This document shows positions 35,922 to 40,957 of a stretch of 40,957 nt of DNA, in pieces. The stretch is taken from contig NIVC01004601.1 in assembly GCA_002269645.1 (NCBI GenBank), forward strand, positions 1-40,957, written 5' to 3'. Below the pieces are notes generated by a model. It worked only from the letters and a program-made list of their open reading frames with translations. It made no database searches and was not told the origin of the DNA. A program made the translations under genes and the position numbers. This DNA comes from Macrostomum lignano (Eukaryota). The first letter of the stretch is position 1, and every line of letters begins with the position of its first letter.

Positions 35922-36224
35922 TAGAACTTTGTTATTCATTGGTACAATGAAATGGAAGACTTTTAAAAACATTTTTTCTAGCACTATAGTTACGATTTTA
36001 ACTTTTAATATGTATGTAAAGCTCTTATGCGTGTTTCATTTGATGTTTACTTATTTATTTACAAGTTTAGAATTAGAAATTTTATTAAAAGTTTCATTAG
36101 TGGTAAAAGCATCTTACATGCCCGCTGTACACCCTGTGGGAGCGCTTGAGTGTGCTCAGGGAGTCTGCGTAATAAGCAGAATTGCCGTCAGCTATGAGTG
36201 TCGCTTTTATTCCTCCACCAACAG

Positions 36225-36559
36225 AAGAGACATTCAACGCCGCTCAGGCCCTTCACAATCTGGTGAACAAACGCGTTATGTACGCCTTCTGTCGGCGAGC
36301 AGTCAATCCTGCAAGCCCGACTGAACAGGTGGCCAATGAGAACGGTGTTTCTTTGGCAGCTAAACAATCGCAAACTATTATTTACCATTTGGATCTGTTC
36401 TTTGTACCAACTGGTTGGTTCCAAACCGAGTGCCACTACAACGGAGTTGATGGTAAACTATTGAAGGCCGGTCTAGTGCATAATCGTCAGGATCATTTGG
36501 AGGTCATGCACATTGGCGCGGTTCCGTGCGAGTACTGCGGCAATGGCAAGGAAAACTGA
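36225..36559 (+). CDS. Extended Tudor-domain protein, exon 2 (spliced product 267 aa)
   Basis: Acceptor CCAACAG| at 36224 is phase-compatible with the 34734 donor (G|AA = Glu); the frame stays open to TGA at 36557-36559. Confidence 0.72.
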
Positions 36560-37079
36560 TCGTCAATAATAACTTTGATATCAATTCTAGAAATTTTAGC
36601 TTAGACAGCATCATTTTCTTGGCATATTCTTGCATTTTTACTGTCAGTAGTCTAGTTAGTAGTAGTTTCGTTTTGTTATTTTACTCAGAGAGTGCTTCTC
36701 TCTGGTATTTTGCACCGTTTAATCTCTTTCCAAAAGTTTTCATCAACGTATTCTTTCATTTCTACTTGCAGTAGTTTTTTTAGGTTTTGTAGTTTATCGC
36801 ACAATTCTGGCGGCCGCGTTTAAAGTTGTGTGCGTTCTTGTATTTGCATTTGTTTAATTAAAAGAGTTTGGTTCTTTGTTTTTATTATATTTTCTCAATT
36901 GTTTGATCTAGTGCTGACTAAATAATGACTAAGTAATAAAACAGCATTTGTATTCAATCTTTCGTGTGTTTTAGAACTTTGTGAGCTGCATCAACTTAAA
37001 GTAGTAACTGCTAGAGAAGTTTTTCAGCTTTGCTGTTCATTCGATTAAATTTGATTTCAAGATCCGAGGCTCTTTAATT

Positions 37080-37690
37080 GTCTAGGCCAGCCTCCCAGAT
37101 CCTCAGTTGCTGTTGCTGGGCCAGCCTCCACAGTGTCAGTTGCTGGGTCAGCCTCCCAGATCCACAGTTGCTGGGCCAGCCTCCCAGATCCTCAGTTGCT
37201 GGGCCAGCCTCCCAGATCCTCATTTGCTGGGCCAGCTTCCCAGATCCTCATTTGCTGGGCCAGCTTCCCAGATCCCCAGTTGCTGGGCCAGCCTCCCAGA
37301 TCCCCAGTTGCTGGGCCAGCCTCCCAGATCCTCATTTGCTGGGCCAGCTTCCCAGATCCTCATTTGCTGGGCCAGCTTCCCAGATCCCCAGTTGCTGGGC
37401 CAGCTTCCCAGATCCCCAGTTGCTGGGCCAGCCTCCCAGATCCTCATTTGCTGGGCCAGCTTCCCAGATCCTCATTTGCTGGGCCAGCTTCCCAGATCCC
37501 CAGTTGCTGGGCCAGCTTCCCAGATCCCCAGTTGCTGGGCCAGCCTCCCAGATCCTCAGTTGCTAGGCCAGCCTCCCAGATCCTCAGTTGCTGGGCCAGC
37601 CTCCCAGATCCTCAGTTGCTGGGCCAGCCTCCCAGATCCTCAGTTGCTGGGCCAGCCTCCCAGATCCTCAGTTGCTGGGCCAGCCTCCTA
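37080..37690. repeat. 28-bp minisatellite with a 4-unit (112-bp) higher-order pattern
   Basis: Unit GCCAGCCTCCCAGATCCTCAGTTGCTGG. The variant order CTCATTTG, CTCATTTG, CCCAGTTG, CCCAGTTG recurs three times across ~37200-37545. Confidence 0.95.
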
Positions 37691-37803
37691 GAAATCCTCA
37701 TTTCTTGATAAGAAATTTCTGACAGTTGCTACAGCCTGTTCATTGTCGTGTCATCTGTTGAAGGTGCCGACAGCGTCGGGGTGACGACTGAATGTTTGAG
37801 AGA

Positions 37804-38202
37804 CTAGCTGAGGATGTCTCGCAGTTGTGATTTGCCTAATGTCGAGGCTTGATCAGTGAAACTAGAAATTTGCAACAGCGTGTCAATAGTCACCTGGTGC
37901 CATCTGTTGAAGGTCCAGAAGCTCCGCTTGGGTGAAACCCAGGGACCAACGAAGATGCAGACACATGTGGTAGACGTGCTGATGAATTTTGGTCTTGGAG
38001 ACTTTGGCAAGGCCGCACTGAAACGCAGTGCTGATTGGCGCACATGTGTACTGAATACACTAGCGCTTATATGGGAAAAATCCGACTTGGCAGAATCGTC
38101 GAATATCTCTTGTTTGAGAAGGTGTGCAAATAAAGTTAGTGAGTTCTTGGCGAGTTCATTCACCAACTCGATGTCCAGATCACTTTTGATCCTATTAAAC
38201 AT
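37804..38202 (-). CDS. Possible coding exon of an unidentified minus-strand gene
   Basis: 132-codon non-repetitive ORF with protein-like composition (FNRIKSDLDIELVNELAKNSLTLFAHLLKQEIF); an AG acceptor lies just upstream. No recognisable family, and upstream exons could not be joined. Confidence 0.3.
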   Translation of the reverse strand: MFNRIKSDLDIELVNELAKNSLTLFAHLLKQEIFDDSAKSDFSHISASVFSTHVRQSALRFSAALPKSPRPKFISTSTTCVCIFVGPWVSPKRSFWTFNRWHQVTIDTLLQISSFTDQASTLGKSQLRDILS

Positions 38203-38218
38203 CCCTTAGCGCCCTTAC

Positions 38219-38586
38219 CAGTAGCGTAGCTAGGATTTTGAAAAGGGGGGATAACTGTAAGGGACAAAATTGTAGACTAATAAAATAGTTTTTTTGGCAA
38301 TTTTTCTGCTAAAAATGCATTTAAAAAGTATCAAAACCATGCTTATTAGGCTAAAATCATAATAAAGCCGGCAGACGTCTGTCCTGACTATGGCATTTTA
38401 GGAACTAGGGATTCGTGGAAATATCGTTTAAAACATTTTAATAGTAATTTACGAGTGAAATAGGCCTATTTTGGTAGTTTTGGTAGGTCTAAGCCGCTTT
38501 ATCTTGCATTTTTTCAAATCTTTTTGTTTTCTATAAATCATCCAAATGGGGGGATATATCCCCGTATCCCCCTAGCTACGCTACTG
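38219..38586. mobile_element. hAT-type MITE (368 bp)
   Basis: Perfect 16-bp TIRs CAGTAGCGTAGCTAGG / CCTAGCTACGCTACTG; 8-bp flanks GCCCTTAC (38211-38218) and GGCCTTAC (38587-38594) match at 7/8. An 8-bp TSD with CAG ends is typical of hAT. Confidence 0.88.
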
Positions 38587-39426
38587 GGCCTTACTATCAT
38601 AGTAGGAATTTAAATGTCAAAAGTTACTTGATGTTAGCTTTATACAGCTGCTCAGCACATTTGGCTGATGGCCGGGATTTCGATTGAAAAATCAAGACAT
38701 CTCAAATTAGCCAGGTCGTCGCACAAGGATCATTCGTCAGTGAAGCAGTGAATGCTCTGAATTCTCCGATTTACGTTACCACGCGGCAGATTGGTGTACT
38801 CGTACTTGAATTCCTTACTGTGTGATAATGAGCGGAGGGCGCTGGAAGTCCACCTCACTAAGGTTGAGATTAGTGTGGTTAAAGATAGCAACCGTTATAA
38901 TCTATGTGGGGAATAAATGTCTTCTCAGGCATGAGAGTTACTAATAAATTTATCACAGATAAGGCGCATATGGCATCCTTCACGCAGAGGCATGTTTAGA
39001 ATTACCCCCCCCCCTCCCTTCTCCTGAAGAGTCCTCTTTGTCTCTGTATGACCAATGCGGTCCGCAGTCCCAGCAGTGTCCCTGTTCAGTCCGGCTGCCA
39101 TTTTCCTAGACTGAAATCCGATCCTTCAAAACAGCTGGTTTGGCTCAGGACATGCAGTTGCAATCGTCACATCTTTGCTACTATGGGGCTGATCATCCTC
39201 ATCAGCTACTAAGCTATTCATTCTGGATGCGTATTTCCGGAGTAGCGAAAACATTCCACGGCTTAAAAATCAGAAAAAAAGAATTATTTTTGATTGCCGA
39301 TTAACTTAATTAGCGAAACTCTTAGGCGATTCGCTTGGACGAGACGAGTGGCATCGGTTCTTTAAACGAGAGATAAGGCGGTAGAATTCAGTATTGCACA
39401 GTTAGCAGCTATGCAATAGCTACGTC

Positions 39427-40131
39427 TCAGTACTTCTTGACGAACTTGGCCCAGCTCGGGTCGGTCTCGATGGCGTCGCCGACGCTCGAGTCAGCGAAGT
39501 CCAGCATGCGGCAGGCGCCGCTGGCCCGGTTGAACAGGACGGCCCGGCACTCCCAGCGCTGCACGCAGAGCCACAGGCAGTGAAGCTCCGAGCTCACCGA
39601 GGCGTCAGTGTAGCAGTAGACAGGACTGATGTTGCCCAGCCTCAGGAACTCCGCTCGTCGAAGGTATTCGCTGTTCGGCGTCGCGATTGGCTGGCAGACG
39701 AATGTTTTGTCCCAATTCGCGGGTCTGTCTCTCAAGCCGGTAATGCTGACCACTACAAAGTCATCGTCTTCCGAAAGGCGGTTCGGCAAGCCAGACTTCC
39801 AGTCGCTGTCATCCAAAGTCGGAAACAGCGAGCCGTTGGCAAATCTCCAGCCGCTGCGAGACGTGCCCGCCTCAACCAGGAGGTCCGTCACTCCGATGAA
39901 ATAAGTATCATTCCAGTGATTGACGGCTCGGATGGCAGTCAGGTCCATCAGCAGCTCTCCGCCGATGCCCAGGCACAGTCTGGCTGCGTCGCACCAGCTG
40001 GAAATGCTGGTGTTGTTGCCGATGAAGACGCAGCTGCCCAGCCTGTCGATGAACGGAGCGACGCAGGCGGCAGAGGCGATGGCTGCCAGCCCCGCAAACA
40101 GCGTCAGCTTGAGCAGCTGCTTCGGTGGCAT
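39427..40131 (-). CDS. Secreted C-type lectin domain + PAN/apple domain protein, single exon, 234 aa
   Basis: Signal peptide MPPKQLLKLTLFAGLAAIASAA; CTLD pattern SWCDAARLC..GGEL...YFIGVTD...W.F.NG...W..G.PN...FVCQ; C-terminal PAN pattern C...C.....C.AV.FN...G.CRM. Confidence 0.85.
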   Translation of the reverse strand: MPPKQLLKLTLFAGLAAIASAACVAPFIDRLGSCVFIGNNTSISSWCDAARLCLGIGGELLMDLTAIRAVNHWNDTYFIGVTDLLVEAGTSRSGWRFANGSLFPTLDDSDWKSGLPNRLSEDDDFVVVSITGLRDRPANWDKTFVCQPIATPNSEYLRRAEFLRLGNISPVYCYTDASVSSELHCLWLCVQRWECRAVLFNRASGACRMLDFADSSVGDAIETDPSWAKFVKKY

Positions 40132-40480
40132 CAGCGATTCTCAAATCGGTCAGTTTGGAGGCAGCTTGATTTGTGAGCAATTTGAAATTTTCTTGGTTGC
40201 AAACTAGTGGTATTTCTGCAAATTTGAGGTTAAATCTACAGTCAGTCTGTACGCTCGCATTTATAGAGAGCTGCAGCCAATGACTCGTAGCCAACCAATC
40301 GTCCAGTGCAGCAGCGCTGACTTCTTGGACTGGCTTTGAAAGGCGCCCAATAGGTTTCACAGCATTTTTGCCTCGACACGTAGCTGCTAAACAAGTAAAG
40401 AAGTTAATTTTTTAATTAACTGACTAAAGAGGTTTGTAGGAGACTATTAAAATAAAATTAATTTAAAAATATCGCAGAGT

Positions 40481-40595
40481 GGGGCCGTATAGTCTATCGC
40501 TGCATCTGATGAGCCAGCGGCCCAGGCTCGATTCCAACTGCAGTCGCATTAATTGGGGCTGAATTGGAATCTCGGCTTTGCAACTCGATCGCTCG
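40481..40595 (+). mobile_element. tRNA-derived SINE, 5' part only
   Basis: CTGATGAGCCAGCGGCCCAGGCTCGATTCCAACTGCAGTC...TTGGGGCTGAATTGGAATCTCGG is the reverse complement of 7865-7935 with few mismatches. Confidence 0.75.
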
Positions 40596-40957
40596 AACGT
40601 ACTGGTCTGGGTGGTGGTTTTCCATGTTGCTGATAAAAATAAAACGATAAAGTGAGTACTCTTCGCACTTTTGCAGTTCCGGCGAACCCAACCTGTTGAG
40701 TAGTTGAGTCTAGACTCATTCAAAGAGCCCTTGATGAGACATTCCATGCTATTAATGCAGTTCGGGAATCATTACTAATGCACATACTTAGCGAAATTGT
40801 ATATTGCCGCAAAGTGACCCACCCAATAAGCGCGTTTAAATAACATGTATAAAACTGTGAATTGTAAGTAAAAAATAACCCAGCAACAGTTAACCTTCCC
40901 CGAAATCATGTGCAGGGACCACTAGCAAGTAAAAGGGTTGCCATCGTCAGCACCCCA

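Noticed and set aside
455-37690. General rule that repeats are pyrimidine-rich on the sense strand of host genes
   Set aside because: Roughly holds for 27-37.7 kb, but the arrays at 455-1625 and 2352-3612 have opposite skews within the same putative locus.
31562-37708. ORFs 31562-31887, 32650-33294, 35173-35864 and 37078-37708
   Set aside because: All lie within 20-, 28- or 51-bp minisatellites.
39580-40360. Overlapping ORFs of 198, 91, 95 and 150 aa around the lectin gene
   Set aside because: Antisense or alternate frames of the GC-rich lectin CDS, with no domain features.

Overview
Eukaryotic (animal) genomic DNA: standard code, spliceosomal GT-AG introns, many minisatellites. The style suggests a free-living flatworm such as Macrostomum, but that is inference only. 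Recognisable genes: MRPL47 (2 exons, 26651-30625), RPL36 (32036-32353) and an extended-Tudor protein gene (2 exons, 34265-36559), all tandem on +, plus an intronless C-type lectin/PAN secreted-protein gene on - (39427-40131). A less certain orphan secreted-protein locus lies at ~8.8-10.3 kb. About 12 minisatellite or simple-repeat arrays fill introns and spacers, several with higher-order structure. Mobile DNA: a tRNA-derived SINE (about 4 copies), a long-TIR MITE nested in one SINE copy, and a hAT-type MITE with an 8-bp TSD. The most unusual signal is a ~11-12 kb island (~14.7-26.1 kb) almost free of CpG but TpA-rich. It carries a decayed, intron-containing Mutator (MULE) transposase whose stop codons fit CpG deamination. 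No CRISPR, rRNA or intact tRNA gene is supported. All counts are by eye.
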